NCBI GenBank assembly: GCA_947627195.1
Contig: CANQVC010000001.1
Span: 99,671-163,670, forward strand
DNA: 64,000 bases
Reading direction: 5' to 3'
From: an uncultured Bacilli bacterium
GTDB taxonomy: Bacteria > Bacillota_I > Bacilli_A > ML615J-28 > CAG-698
In this document: one piece after another, positions 11,401-21,625 of the stretch
Numbering within the stretch: position 1 is the stretch's first letter
Layout: each line of letters starts with the position of its first letter
Notes under the pieces: generated by a model
What the model was told of the DNA's origin: nothing
Seen by the model: the letters and a program-made list of their open reading frames with translations, nothing else
The model's database searches: none
Made by a program: the position numbers and the translations under genes

Positions 11401-14400
11401 ATACATTCTCATTTACATTCTATGTTGATTTTGAAGCTCCAACATTATATGATACTGAATATAGAGTTGAATACGATCGTACCTTAGAAAAGAATAGATA
11501 TTATTTAGATGTTTATGTTTATGATAATCATTATGCAATGTCTGTTCGTCCATTCACATTAGTTGATGGTGCATTAGTATCATTATGTGAAAATCCAACA
11601 CCAATTTATAGTGAAAAAGGTGCTGTATCAAAAGCAACTTTAGAAATCACAGATTATATGGATTTACTTCATTATGGAAGTGGTGGTGAAGGAGAAGATG
11701 GATTAACAAATGGTTTAGGAATTATGGTTGATGACTATGCCATGAATAGTAATTATTATTATGTATCATTCCCTGGAACTGATTCAGAAAACTTCTATTT
11801 TGAAAAAGATGGTGAAACAGTTACAGAAATTACTACTCATGTAGGTGAAGAAGTAGATTTAGGTTTAATGATGTCTTCAGATGATGAAGAATTAAATGAA
11901 GTATTAAATAACTTAAATGATAGAACTAAACCTTATCAAGATGAAATCAAATCAAAATTCATGTCAACTCTAAATTGGAAATCATCTAATCCAAGTGTTG
12001 TTCAAGTATTTAACGGTAAGATTGAAGGTATTGCTCCAGGAAGAGCAACAATTACAGCAACAAATGTTACTAATAGCGGTTATATATTTACTAAATCATT
12101 ATCAGTAATTGTTGAAGAAGCAACTCCTTCATCAATTAGTAAAGTGTCATATAAAAATAATTCATCAAGAATAATGCCAATGGCATTTAATAATAATGTA
12201 TCTTTAAAAGATATTAAATTTACATATTATGATACTATTGCCGCATTTATTGATGGACCTGAATATTCTGAAATTGGTGATACTGGTGATCGTAATTTCT
12301 TTACCGATTCAAGTACAATTTCATTTTATCCAAGTGAAAAAGTAAAATTAGCTTATGAAATAACTCCATGGAATTTAGATCCAAGTCGTTATCAATTGAC
12401 ATGGAGTTCTAGTAATCCAAGTGTAGCAACAGTTGATAATACAGGACTTGTCACAGCAATTAAAGAAGGAACTTCATATATTACTTTACGTATTGCTGTT
12501 AAAAATCCAACAACAGGTAATTTTGAGACATCACCTTTACTTGCTAGAGCAACTGTTGTTGTTAAAAATGAATTTATTGTTGAAGGAAGAATATTAACTG
12601 CTTATAAAGGAAATGGTGGAGATGTAGTTATTCCTGATGATTTAGGAATCATGTATATTGGTTCTTATGCATTCTCGTTGTATACAACTGATATGTCAAT
12701 AAAAGTTGATGAAAATGACTGGGATGCTAATAAAACAGCAGGAGGAAACACCTCAATTAAAAGTGTTACTATTCCTTATGATGTAACAGAAGTACAAAAA
12801 TATGCTTTTTATAATTGTCCAGAACTTGAAAAAGTTACATTCTTAAAGAGTCCTGATGATAAATCATGTAAGATTATTCGTGAATATGCCTTCATGAATG
12901 ATACTAAATTATCAAACATTAACTTAGAAAAAGTTCAAGTTATTGGTGCTAATGCTTTTAAAAATTGTGTTGGATTAAAAACTGTTGATTTTACTAATAT
13001 TTATGCTTTAGGAGAAGAAGCATTTAGTGGATGCACAGGATTACAAAGTGTTGATATAAGTACTCTAAGAAATGCATGGCCAAATGTATTCAAAGATTGT
13101 ACTAATTTAACATCATTTACATCTAGTGAATTTACTAATTTCTCCGAAGGTATGTTTACTAATACAGGATTACAAGATATCACAATATATTCTGATCGTA
13201 TTCCTGCTAGTACATTTGCTAATTGTCCAAATTTAGAAAATGTTACTATTCAAAATAATATTATTTATATTGGTGATAATGCTTTTGAAGGTGATAGAAA
13301 ATTAAATACAGTTACATTTAATGGAACTTGTGATTATATTTATCAATATGCCTTTAAAGATTGTACAGGTATGACTTCATTAATTTTACCTAATAGCCCA
13401 ATATCGTTTGAAATGTATGCATTATTAGGATGTAGTCAATTATCACAATTAAAATTCCAAGAAAATACTTATATTTTAGAAAATATGGGTGTATTACTTG
13501 AAGCATGTCGTTCATTAACAACATTTGAAGTTGATGCTAAAAATCAACATTACAAAGCAAATAATGAATTATTACTTGATGCAACAGGAAAAATAATAAT
13601 TCTTGCTGCTCCTGGATTTAATTATAATAATTATACAATTCCAAGTGATTATGATACAATTGGTGAAGGAGCATTTAGTGGTATTTCCACATTAAGAACT
13701 TTAAAATTTGCAGGTAATCCTGTAATTAGCCCTTATGCATTTGCGGAATGTACTTCATTAACAACTGTGACTTTACCAACTAATATTACATCAATTGGTG
13801 AAGGAGCATTTGAAGCATGTGTTGCATTACGTAACATCTCTAATTTAAAGAATGTGAAAGAAATTGGTGGACTTGCTTTTGCTAGTACTGCATTAGTTAC
13901 AATTGAAATTGGTGATGATACCAATGTATTAGATGGTGCATTCAGTCAAATTACAACTTTAAGAGCTGCTACATTTGGTAAAAATGTAACATTAGGTGAA
14001 GGTGCATTCTTTGCTGATACTGCTCTTGCAACTGTTAATATTAATGCTGATGGTATGTTACATATTAATGGTTATTGTTTTGCTAATTGTGTACGTCTAG
14101 CAACAATTGATTTGTCCCTTGCTACAGGTGAAATTGGGGATTATGCTTTTTATAATTGTCAATCATTAAGAGTAGCTCATTTAACAAATATTACTAAAAT
14201 TGGTGAATTTGCTTTTTCAGATTGTGTTAGTTTATCAACAGTTACAATTCCAATGGTAGAATCAATTGGTGATGCTGCATTTGGTGCAGGTAGTGCCGAT
14301 TCCACAAGTGGAACAGCAATTGCTAGTATAACATTACCTAATACATTAAAAACTTTAGGTGAAGCTGTATTCTTTGGCTGTCCAAATTTAACATCAGTTA

Positions 14401-16031
14401 CAATTCCATCTTCAATAGAAGATATGAAAGGATTTGTATTTGCTAATTGTTCATCTTTAGAAACAGTTATATTAGAAGATGGTATTACCTATATTCCTGA
14501 ATATACATTCTATATGGATCAAAGTTTAATTACTGTAACAGGCGGAAATATTCTAGAAGTAGCCGATTCAGGATTTTATGGATGTTTATATTTAGAAAGT
14601 ATCGATTTAACACATGCTCAAACTATTGGTATGGATGCATTTTATTCATGTCAAAGCCTTGTTGAAGTAGATCTACAAGAAGCAACATATCTAGCAGATG
14701 GTGCATTCTTTGCAGCAACTGATGTTACAACATTAAACATTCCTAAAGTTGAATATATTGGTCAACAAGCTTTAAGTAATATTGGTGTAAGATCAATAGT
14801 TATTCCAAATACAATTAAATATATTGCACCAACTGCTTTCTATGCTAATGAGAACCAAACATCATTTATCGTAATGATTAATGGTATGGCACTTGAAACA
14901 GGAATTATTAATGATTATGCATCTTTATATAATAGTGGTTTATATATTACAACTGAAAATGGTGGAAAAACATTAATTGCTTATCCTACAGGACGCACTG
15001 ATATTGAATATGTTGTTGAAGAAGGAACTGAAAGAATAGAAATTTATGCTGGTGCAGATAATTTATATTTACAAAAAATAATTCTTCCTGAAACATTACA
15101 ATCAATTGGTAATATGGCATTTTATGGATGTACGCATTTAGAAACAGTTGAATTTAGATCAACAGTTGCCCCAATATTAGAAGGTGTACCATATGGATCA
15201 CAAAGCGATTATACATATCCAGAAGATTCAAAAGTATATGAATTATTAACTAAATATTATGCTTTTAATGGTACATATCCATATTATTATGGACAATTCA
15301 AAGCAGTTGTTGGTACTATTTCTCCATTAAAAATAATTGTTCCATCTAATTTTGATACAAGTGGATTCGAATCAATTGAAGGTAAATATAGTCCTTCATC
15401 AAAAGATATGACAGGATTTAATCAATTGATGTATGCAATGTATTTTGATTTAGAAAATATGGAAGTCTCAACTCGTATAAGTAAAAATGCTACAACAATG
15501 GCATATTTACGTAATGTATCTTTAATTCCAAATATTGAAGATATTCAAATAACTGATGAAAAAATTATTCGTGATGCGGTAACAGCTTATAATGCTTTAA
15601 ATCAAAATTTATTAGATTTTGGTTATACACAACAACAATTAAACGAAATGCATAATAAAATGCTTCGTGCCCAAGATAAAGTAAAAGAATTAAAACTTGC
15701 TCGTGTTAATGAAAAATATGCTGACTTAGTTAAAGAAATCGAAGAATTAGGAACTGTATTTAGTTTAGATAAATATGATTTATACAAAAAAATAGTTGTT
15801 GAACTAGATTATATATCTAAATCTGATCAAGCAGATATGGATTTATCAAATGTTGATGCCTTTAAATTATCTTATCAAGCATATTTTAAGAACTTAAATC
15901 AAGAAGTTTCTAATATGACATTGATTAGTAATCAAACAACATCACAAATTATAGGTGCTGTTGCAACATCAGTAGCTCTAGCAACATCTGTTATTGGTGT
16001 AGCATTTATAATTAAAAAACATTGGTTTTAA
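8403..16031 (+). CDS. Cell-envelope subtilisin-like serine protease (S8 with PA-domain insert) fused to Big_2 domains, a long BspA-type leucine-rich-repeat region and a C-terminal TM anchor. Predicted lipoprotein, 2542 aa.
   Basis: Lipobox LTGCSV. Catalytic triad motifs AILDSGFD, HGTHVAGIIGG and GTSMACPNMCG. PA-domain-like VALVKRGDINFEEKARIAYEEGAVACIVYNN lies between the His and Ser motifs. Big_2-like SSNPSVVQV...GRATITAT and SSSNPSVATVDNTGLVTAIKEGTSYITL. More than 20 repeats of the form IG..AF..C..L..V.IP. C-terminal hydrophobic segment IIGAVATSVALATSVIGVAFII. The RBS AAAGGAG is 8 nt upstream. Confidence 0.8.
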   Translation: MKKKFKRIMVLLCAILVFLTGCSVSDEQKDVEQNNQHITHLNLQQADLISQVTDNVKYLNPDLLYDIEGLDDDDEISIIVTMSNEGLADDYFENSLGFESVSDYTKSSVAKIDANQMLKEQKELANKLVNKGLIFSSKHSYVTLFNGFSATTTFANYKKLVKMGIAEKVSISEVYAAPQATSSTGYTAVENLVDVYETGIFNSSSVEYDGENTAVAILDSGFDIHHTVFQNMPQHPMITKEDVSKVLNTTKASTFTSGMKVEDVYVNAKIPYAYDYADKDPDVAPFDSEHGTHVAGIIGGKDDVITGVAINTQLVLMKVFGDLVTGAKEEDILAALEDSVTLGVDAINMSLGFSCGFSYLEDNDYLNSVYNKIEEAGISLIVAASNDYSSAYGGEESNTSKVTNPDSATVGSPSTYYAALSVASISGEKSRYIKANDGYVFYFNEANNASALPYDFVGMLNLPENKDVTYDYVTVPGYGKKINYSNIDVNGKVALVKRGDINFEEKARIAYEEGAVACIVYNNIGGDILMSAGNDLKIPLCSISKDDGEYLASKNTGTLTFNSTFLAGPFMSDFSSWGPNPDLTLKPEITAHGGNIKSSIPGGGYDKLSGTSMACPNMCGIIVLIRQYVKEKFPQLSTPEMARLTNNLLMSSATIALDQAGNPYSPRKQGAGLASLFNAVNTNAYLTVDGSDRAKIELGDDPNKLGVYTLKFTINNVSDKPLSYDLTNYTMTESVSTSDPRYVAEKSYMLNPATSFNVTGDGTKNGNTITINANGKVNVEYTLTLNESEKRYIRTSFPNGMYVEGFAKLISKNEDKIDLSIPFLAFFGDWTSAPMFDKTFYEVEAEAHDASINDEDKLKADYYATTPLGTYYYNYIIPLGSYVYVMDETMYDPIPATEEHAALGYNDDSINGITTIYAGLLRNAKKMTTTIKNTLTGEVVYEHVNYNQFKAHYSGGQIPSYDLIYLTIQELGLANNTNYTLTMQAELPYGDGGLANNQRNTFSFTFYVDFEAPTLYDTEYRVEYDRTLEKNRYYLDVYVYDNHYAMSVRPFTLVDGALVSLCENPTPIYSEKGAVSKATLEITDYMDLLHYGSGGEGEDGLTNGLGIMVDDYAMNSNYYYVSFPGTDSENFYFEKDGETVTEITTHVGEEVDLGLMMSSDDEELNEVLNNLNDRTKPYQDEIKSKFMSTLNWKSSNPSVVQVFNGKIEGIAPGRATITATNVTNSGYIFTKSLSVIVEEATPSSISKVSYKNNSSRIMPMAFNNNVSLKDIKFTYYDTIAAFIDGPEYSEIGDTGDRNFFTDSSTISFYPSEKVKLAYEITPWNLDPSRYQLTWSSSNPSVATVDNTGLVTAIKEGTSYITLRIAVKNPTTGNFETSPLLARATVVVKNEFIVEGRILTAYKGNGGDVVIPDDLGIMYIGSYAFSLYTTDMSIKVDENDWDANKTAGGNTSIKSVTIPYDVTEVQKYAFYNCPELEKVTFLKSPDDKSCKIIREYAFMNDTKLSNINLEKVQVIGANAFKNCVGLKTVDFTNIYALGEEAFSGCTGLQSVDISTLRNAWPNVFKDCTNLTSFTSSEFTNFSEGMFTNTGLQDITIYSDRIPASTFANCPNLENVTIQNNIIYIGDNAFEGDRKLNTVTFNGTCDYIYQYAFKDCTGMTSLILPNSPISFEMYALLGCSQLSQLKFQENTYILENMGVLLEACRSLTTFEVDAKNQHYKANNELLLDATGKIIILAAPGFNYNNYTIPSDYDTIGEGAFSGISTLRTLKFAGNPVISPYAFAECTSLTTVTLPTNITSIGEGAFEACVALRNISNLKNVKEIGGLAFASTALVTIEIGDDTNVLDGAFSQITTLRAATFGKNVTLGEGAFFADTALATVNINADGMLHINGYCFANCVRLATIDLSLATGEIGDYAFYNCQSLRVAHLTNITKIGEFAFSDCVSLSTVTIPMVESIGDAAFGAGSADSTSGTAIASITLPNTLKTLGEAVFFGCPNLTSVTIPSSIEDMKGFVFANCSSLETVILEDGITYIPEYTFYMDQSLITVTGGNILEVADSGFYGCLYLESIDLTHAQTIGMDAFYSCQSLVEVDLQEATYLADGAFFAATDVTTLNIPKVEYIGQQALSNIGVRSIVIPNTIKYIAPTAFYANENQTSFIVMINGMALETGIINDYASLYNSGLYITTENGGKTLIAYPTGRTDIEYVVEEGTERIEIYAGADNLYLQKIILPETLQSIGNMAFYGCTHLETVEFRSTVAPILEGVPYGSQSDYTYPEDSKVYELLTKYYAFNGTYPYYYGQFKAVVGTISPLKIIVPSNFDTSGFESIEGKYSPSSKDMTGFNQLMYAMYFDLENMEVSTRISKNATTMAYLRNVSLIPNIEDIQITDEKIIRDAVTAYNALNQNLLDFGYTQQQLNEMHNKMLRAQDKVKELKLARVNEKYADLVKEIEELGTVFSLDKYDLYKKIVVELDYISKSDQADMDLSNVDAFKLSYQAYFKNLNQEVSNMTLISNQTTSQIIGAVATSVALATSVIGVAFIIKKHWF

Positions 16032-16043
16032 GGAGGTAAAAGG

Positions 16044-16691
16044 ATGAAAAAATTAGGTGTTTTATTAACATTAATTTTATGTTTCACATTAGTTGGTTGT
16101 AGCAGTAAAAAAGAAACTACAATTAATACTTTTATTGATAACATATATGCTTCAAACGATTCTTTTACATCTTACCAAGAAAGTGATGTTTTACTAGATA
16201 ATGAAGTAGAAGTTTATCATAAAGATATTACTTTTCAAATTGAAAGAGGAGAAGAAATTAAAACAACTTTTAATCAATATGAAAAGAAACTAAGTGATGA
16301 TATTTTATCTGAAACAAATTATGATGAAAAAACAACATCATATTATACAATTGGTAATCATAAATATGATACAACATATGGATTAAATACTGAATCAAGT
16401 TATCCTATTCCATCATATTTCTTTACATTCAATATAAAAGAAGATTATTTAACTGAACATAAACTTACCAAAGATGGTAAAACAATAACATTAAATGCTA
16501 ATGTGAAAAATGAATCAGTTAATGATTTCTTTGTAACATTTGGTATTGAATCAATTACTGATGTTGTTATTGAAGTTAAAGTTGTTGATAAGAAACTTTC
16601 TTCAATGAATGCTCAATATAAAACAACAACAGGATTTGTTGGTAATGTTAATATTACTTATGGATATGATAAAGTAACCATTGAACATTAA
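16044..16691 (+). CDS. Hypothetical lipoprotein
   Basis: Lipobox LTLILCFTLVGCSS. RBS GGAGG. No recognisable domain. Confidence 0.55.
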   Translation: MKKLGVLLTLILCFTLVGCSSKKETTINTFIDNIYASNDSFTSYQESDVLLDNEVEVYHKDITFQIERGEEIKTTFNQYEKKLSDDILSETNYDEKTTSYYTIGNHKYDTTYGLNTESSYPIPSYFFTFNIKEDYLTEHKLTKDGKTITLNANVKNESVNDFFVTFGIESITDVVIEVKVVDKKLSSMNAQYKTTTGFVGNVNITYGYDKVTIEH

Positions 16692-16704
16692 GGAAGTGTT
16701 GTGA

Positions 16705-17865
16705 ATGAAAAATAATATATTTAAAAAATATTTATTTCTATTGTTGACTATTCTTTCAATCTTTCTTCTAGTTGGATGTGTTAATAATGAAATTGATTAT
16801 TCTAAATACACAAAAGTTGTTTTTAAATTAGAAGGTGGAACATATTTAAATCAAAATATTGAAGAATATTCACAGCTTTATGAATTAGAAGATGATGAAA
16901 CAACTTATATTTATGATCCTAATGAAATAACTAAAGAACCAGTAATAACTAAAGATGGATGTGTTTTAGAAGGATGGTATAGAAGTAAAGTTGGTGAAGG
17001 TGATGATGCCGTTTATTCTGATAAATGGGATTTCACCAAATATAAAATGGGTAAAGAAGGTGTAACTTTATATGCTAATTGGGTTGTCCAACATAATTAC
17101 ACTTTTGATATTTATTATACTAATTCTGAAGGTCAAGATGTTCAAATTACTAATGGCTCTTATCAAGTAGAAGAAGGGGCAAAATTTGATGATTATCGAA
17201 AATATGCTGAAAAGTTTGGTACTGAAAAAGACATGACATTTGTTGAATTTTTAGATGCAAATGGCAATAAATGGGATGAAAATTTTGTTCATCCAGGTGG
17301 AGATGAAGATCTTAGTATTAAAGTTTATGCAAGATATATTCAAGGTAAATGGAGTATTGTTAAAACTGCTGAAGATTTAATTCTTGCAACTGACAGTATA
17401 TATTTAATGAATGATATTGATTTCGAAGGTCAAGAACTAAATTTTGCTAACTTTGTTAATAAGACATTTGAAGGTAATAATCATACAATAAGTAATTTTA
17501 CAATAAGTTATCAAGCAGAAAATATTGGACCTGATTTACTTACTGAAGAAGCTAATAGATTAAATATCGGTTTGTTTACTCGTATATATGGTTCAACAAT
17601 CCAAAATGTTAAATTCATTGAAGGAAAATGTGATGTTAACACAAGTTTTTCGAAAATAGCATTTATTCATGTTTCACCATTTGCGGTGGAAATAGAAGAT
17701 TCAACAATCCAAAATGTTGAATTTGAATGTAATGTTACAATAACACGTCTTCCTGAAAAATGTAGTGGATACGAAGTTCAAGAAAATCAAATGTATTACA
17801 AAAAAGATGATAAATCTACGGTTGAAGGAATATACCACGTAACAGTGGTATCTCTTGAAGCCTGA
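16705..17865 (+). CDS. Hypothetical lipoprotein with Flg_new-like repeat
   Basis: Lipobox FLLVGCVNN. Motif VLEGWYRSK...YANWV. Confidence 0.55.
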   Translation: MKNNIFKKYLFLLLTILSIFLLVGCVNNEIDYSKYTKVVFKLEGGTYLNQNIEEYSQLYELEDDETTYIYDPNEITKEPVITKDGCVLEGWYRSKVGEGDDAVYSDKWDFTKYKMGKEGVTLYANWVVQHNYTFDIYYTNSEGQDVQITNGSYQVEEGAKFDDYRKYAEKFGTEKDMTFVEFLDANGNKWDENFVHPGGDEDLSIKVYARYIQGKWSIVKTAEDLILATDSIYLMNDIDFEGQELNFANFVNKTFEGNNHTISNFTISYQAENIGPDLLTEEANRLNIGLFTRIYGSTIQNVKFIEGKCDVNTSFSKIAFIHVSPFAVEIEDSTIQNVEFECNVTITRLPEKCSGYEVQENQMYYKKDDKSTVEGIYHVTVVSLEA

Positions 17866-17876
17866 AAGGGGTAAAT

Positions 17877-20513
17877 ATGAAGAAAAAATTATTAATGTTT
17901 ATATTAATATGTCTTATTGCTTTCGTTGGTGGTTGTGGTTGTAATACTGAAAATACCGATAAACTTAAACCGAGCAAAACATATGACAATGAAGTTGATA
18001 CATTGATTATGTCATCTCAAGAATTAGATGGTGTATTCAATCCATTCTTCTCAACATCAGCTGCTGATGGTAATGTTGTTGGTATGACACAAATAGGTAT
18101 GTTAGGAAATGATGAAAGTGGAAATTATACATATGGTCCTGATGAACCAGTTGTTGTAAATGATTTAGGTATCGTTGAAGAAGGTTCAAAAGCTCAAAAT
18201 AACAAAACAACAACATATTATTTTGTTTTAAAAAGAGATGTTAAATTCTCTAATGGTTCACCATTAACAATGAAAGATGTATTATTTAATTTATATGTAT
18301 ATCTTGATCCTGTATATACAGGTTCATCAACAATCTATTCCACAGATATTGTTGGCTTAAAAGAATATCAAACTCAACAAGATGATCCTGAAGCTCAAAA
18401 AAGATTTAAAGACCAATTTGTTCTTGAAGCTAATCAAAGAATAAATAATATCGTTGCTGCGGCAAATGATATCTTTGATCAACATAAAGAATCAATGGAC
18501 TTAGATCAATTCAAACAATATTTAGCTGATTTTGATACTGATGGTCAAATGACAAAAGATTTAGATGCAGCTGTTGAATTATTCAAAGAAGAATTAAATG
18601 ATGATATGAAAACATCTATTGATACAGCTGATACAATTAAATTTACTAATAAATTTGGTACAGTACATGAAAATTGGTTAATTAGTGATGTGCAAGCATT
18701 CTTATACAATGAAAATTATATTTCCTACAATAAAGAAGAAGACAGATTAGAATCTTCATTAGTAACAAATGTTAGTGAATTATCAGAATGGACACAAGAA
18801 CAAGCAATTAATGCTATTATTTCTGATAAAATTCCTACTGATATTGCGGAAATATTAACATATTGGCAAACAGGTACAAAATTAAGAGAAAATTTAACAA
18901 ACGAAGCATTATCAGCATATAATGATGCTCATCCAGATGTTAAATATCCTAATATTTCTGGTATTCAATTTGCTAATAGAACTCAACCAGTTACATTTAG
19001 AAATGAAGAAGGAGTAGAAAAAACATATGGTGTTCCAACATATGCTGAAGATGGATCTGTTAATAATGATACTTATGAAGTATTAAAGATCGTTATTAAT
19101 GATGTTGATCCAAAAGCAATTTGGAATTTTGGCTTCTCTGTTGCTCCAATGTATTATTATTCAAGTCCTGAATTAATTGAAAAATTCGATTATTTCTCTA
19201 ATTTTGGTGTTAAACGTTCTGATCCTAATTTTATGGAAACTGTTGTTAAAAACAAAGATAAAATTGGTGTACCAGTTGGTGCAGGACCTTACCAAGCTAG
19301 TAAAGCATCTGGTGGAACTGATAATATTAAAGGTTCAGATTTTAAAGATAACAATATCATTTATTTCGAAAGAAATCCATATTATATTGGTGGAGCTCCT
19401 TTAATTAAAAAGATTCGTTTCCAAGTTGTTCCACAAAATCAAATGACAAATGCTTTATATACAAATTCAATTGATTATGTTGAACCAAATGCGAAAACAG
19501 AAATTATTAATGAATTAAATGGTAAAAGAGATCAAGGCTTTGTTAACCAAAGTGTAAGAACAGCTGGATACGGTTATATTGGTATTAATGCCCACTTTGT
19601 TCCTACTCTAGAAGTAAGACAAGTGATTATGCATTTAATCGATACTCAAGAAGTTGTTAACTATTATGGTTCTAAAGCAACAGCAATTTATCGTTCAATG
19701 TCACTTGAAAGTTGGGCATATCCTAAAAATTGTACACCATATTATCCATATTTATATGGTCCTATCCCAGCTGGATATGATAAGATGACATCATCTAAAT
19801 TAAATCCAGCATATAAAGAATTTGCTTTATCTAAAGGTAAAGGAACAGATGGTACTGCTACATTCACAGATGAAGAAGTAAGAGAATTTGTGAAATTACA
19901 AATTGAAACAGTTGCAGGCTATCGTTTAAATGGTAACGGTGTATATCAAAAAGGTAGTGATGTATTAAAATATACATTCACAATAGCAGGTGAAGAAGAA
20001 GACCATCCAGCATGGAATGCATTATATCATGCAGGAACAATATTAAATTCAATGGGATTCCAAATCAATGTAACAACAGATAAATGGGCATTATCTAAAT
20101 TAGCTAGTGGTGACTTAACTGTTTGGGCTGCTGCATGGGGTGGAACAATTGACCCTGATATGTACCAAGTTTACCATATGGAATCTAATGCAACTTCTGT
20201 TAATAACTGGGGTTATAAAGATATTAAAAATAATATTGGTGGTAAATATAATAGAGAATTAAGAATATTAGAAGAATTATCTGAAAAAATTGATGAAGGT
20301 AGAGAAACAACTGTTCAAAAAGAACGTATTGACATTTATAGTGATGCACTTGATTACGTAATGCAATTAGCTGTTGAACTACCTACATATCAAAGAGATG
20401 ACTTATTTGCATATAATGGCAATAAAATTGATGGAAATACTTTAAATCAAAATTGTACAGCTTATAAAGGATTAACAAGCGACTTACATAAAATATCATT
20501 AAAAATTAGCTAA
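17877..20513 (+). CDS. oppA: Oligopeptide ABC transporter substrate-binding lipoprotein (family 5 SBP, long Mollicutes-type OppA)
   Basis: Lipobox FVGGCGC. It sits immediately upstream of the OppB/C/D/F genes. The size (878 aa) is typical of long OppA proteins. RBS GGGG. Confidence 0.65.
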   Translation: MKKKLLMFILICLIAFVGGCGCNTENTDKLKPSKTYDNEVDTLIMSSQELDGVFNPFFSTSAADGNVVGMTQIGMLGNDESGNYTYGPDEPVVVNDLGIVEEGSKAQNNKTTTYYFVLKRDVKFSNGSPLTMKDVLFNLYVYLDPVYTGSSTIYSTDIVGLKEYQTQQDDPEAQKRFKDQFVLEANQRINNIVAAANDIFDQHKESMDLDQFKQYLADFDTDGQMTKDLDAAVELFKEELNDDMKTSIDTADTIKFTNKFGTVHENWLISDVQAFLYNENYISYNKEEDRLESSLVTNVSELSEWTQEQAINAIISDKIPTDIAEILTYWQTGTKLRENLTNEALSAYNDAHPDVKYPNISGIQFANRTQPVTFRNEEGVEKTYGVPTYAEDGSVNNDTYEVLKIVINDVDPKAIWNFGFSVAPMYYYSSPELIEKFDYFSNFGVKRSDPNFMETVVKNKDKIGVPVGAGPYQASKASGGTDNIKGSDFKDNNIIYFERNPYYIGGAPLIKKIRFQVVPQNQMTNALYTNSIDYVEPNAKTEIINELNGKRDQGFVNQSVRTAGYGYIGINAHFVPTLEVRQVIMHLIDTQEVVNYYGSKATAIYRSMSLESWAYPKNCTPYYPYLYGPIPAGYDKMTSSKLNPAYKEFALSKGKGTDGTATFTDEEVREFVKLQIETVAGYRLNGNGVYQKGSDVLKYTFTIAGEEEDHPAWNALYHAGTILNSMGFQINVTTDKWALSKLASGDLTVWAAAWGGTIDPDMYQVYHMESNATSVNNWGYKDIKNNIGGKYNRELRILEELSEKIDEGRETTVQKERIDIYSDALDYVMQLAVELPTYQRDDLFAYNGNKIDGNTLNQNCTAYKGLTSDLHKISLKIS

Positions 20514-20589
20514 AGGAGGGAGTATAAAAAGAAAGTATTATTTCAACAAACAAATATGCTTTTTGTATAGAAAACAAAGTATACGTTGA

Positions 20590-21618
20590 ATGTATTTTCT
20601 GGATATCATTATGTTAAAATATATTATAAAAAGATTATTGATATCAATACTCGTTCTATTTGGTGTTTCAGTTATCATTTATACATTAGTTAGAATGATG
20701 CCTAATGATTATGTTGATAGGAAGTTTGCTTCGCAATTATCTCAAGGAACTATTACTCAAGATGATATTGCAAGATATAAAGAATTATATGGAATTGGTG
20801 ATAAAAGTTTCAAAGGAATAATTGGTGGATATGCTAGATGGGCAGGAAATCTTTGTAAAGGTGAACTAGGAAATTCATTTAAATATGATAAACCTGTTGC
20901 TACTGTTATCGTTGATAATATGGGGATTTCCTTTGCCATTGCCTTAGTTGCCACAATTTTACAATTCCTCATTGCTATCCCTTTAGGAATATCGAGTGCT
21001 ACGCACCAATATTCCGTTCGGGATTATGCCGTAACCGTCTTTACGATGATTGGTTTATCTCTTCCAACATATTTCTTTGCGGCAATATTAATTAAGATAT
21101 TTGCTGTTGATTTAGGATGGTTCCCTTCTGTTGGACTTGTCAGTCCTGGAAAAACATTCCCAGAAACATTTGCAGGTTGGTGGTCTGAATTATTTGATAA
21201 AGTTCACCACTTAATACTTCCAATAACAGTATCTGTTTTACTTTCTATTGGTGGACTAATGCGTTACACTAGAACAAATACACTTGAAGTATTAAATGCA
21301 GATTACATTAGAACTGCACGTGCTAAAGGACTTTCTGAAAGAAAAGTAATTTATGTACATGCATTTAGAAATACAATGATTCCGTTAGCTACTTTATTAG
21401 CAGGAATTCTTCCATCATTATTTGGTGGAATGATGATTACAGAACAAGTATTTGGTATTGATGGAATTGGACGTTTAGCATATAATGCATTAAATGATGG
21501 AGATGTACCATTTGTCATGGGCTATAATATGTTCTTAGCTGTCTTAACAGTTATTGGTACTTTATTCTCTGATATTATGTACTCAATTGTTGACCCAAGG
21601 GTTAAATTAGATAAGTAG
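20590..21618 (+). CDS. oppB: Oligopeptide ABC transporter permease
   Basis: N-terminus MLKYIIKRLL. BPD-transporter permease signature region ...TARAKGLSERKVIYVHAFRN... The start is ambiguous: 20590 or the in-frame ATG at 20611. Confidence 0.85.
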   Translation: MYFLDIIMLKYIIKRLLISILVLFGVSVIIYTLVRMMPNDYVDRKFASQLSQGTITQDDIARYKELYGIGDKSFKGIIGGYARWAGNLCKGELGNSFKYDKPVATVIVDNMGISFAIALVATILQFLIAIPLGISSATHQYSVRDYAVTVFTMIGLSLPTYFFAAILIKIFAVDLGWFPSVGLVSPGKTFPETFAGWWSELFDKVHHLILPITVSVLLSIGGLMRYTRTNTLEVLNADYIRTARAKGLSERKVIYVHAFRNTMIPLATLLAGILPSLFGGMMITEQVFGIDGIGRLAYNALNDGDVPFVMGYNMFLAVLTVIGTLFSDIMYSIVDPRVKLDK

Positions 21619-21625
21619 GTGTCAT

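Noticed and set aside
13001-13183. 60-aa minus-strand ORF inside the protease-LRR gene
   Set aside because: Antisense to the 2542-aa CDS. No RBS.
13733-13924. 63-aa minus-strand ORF inside the protease-LRR gene
   Set aside because: Antisense to the 2542-aa CDS. No RBS.
19177-19404. 75-aa + strand ORF in a different frame inside oppA
   Set aside because: Internal to oppA. No RBS. Low-complexity translation.
20757-20972. 71-aa minus-strand ORF inside oppB
   Set aside because: Antisense to a conserved permease gene. No RBS.
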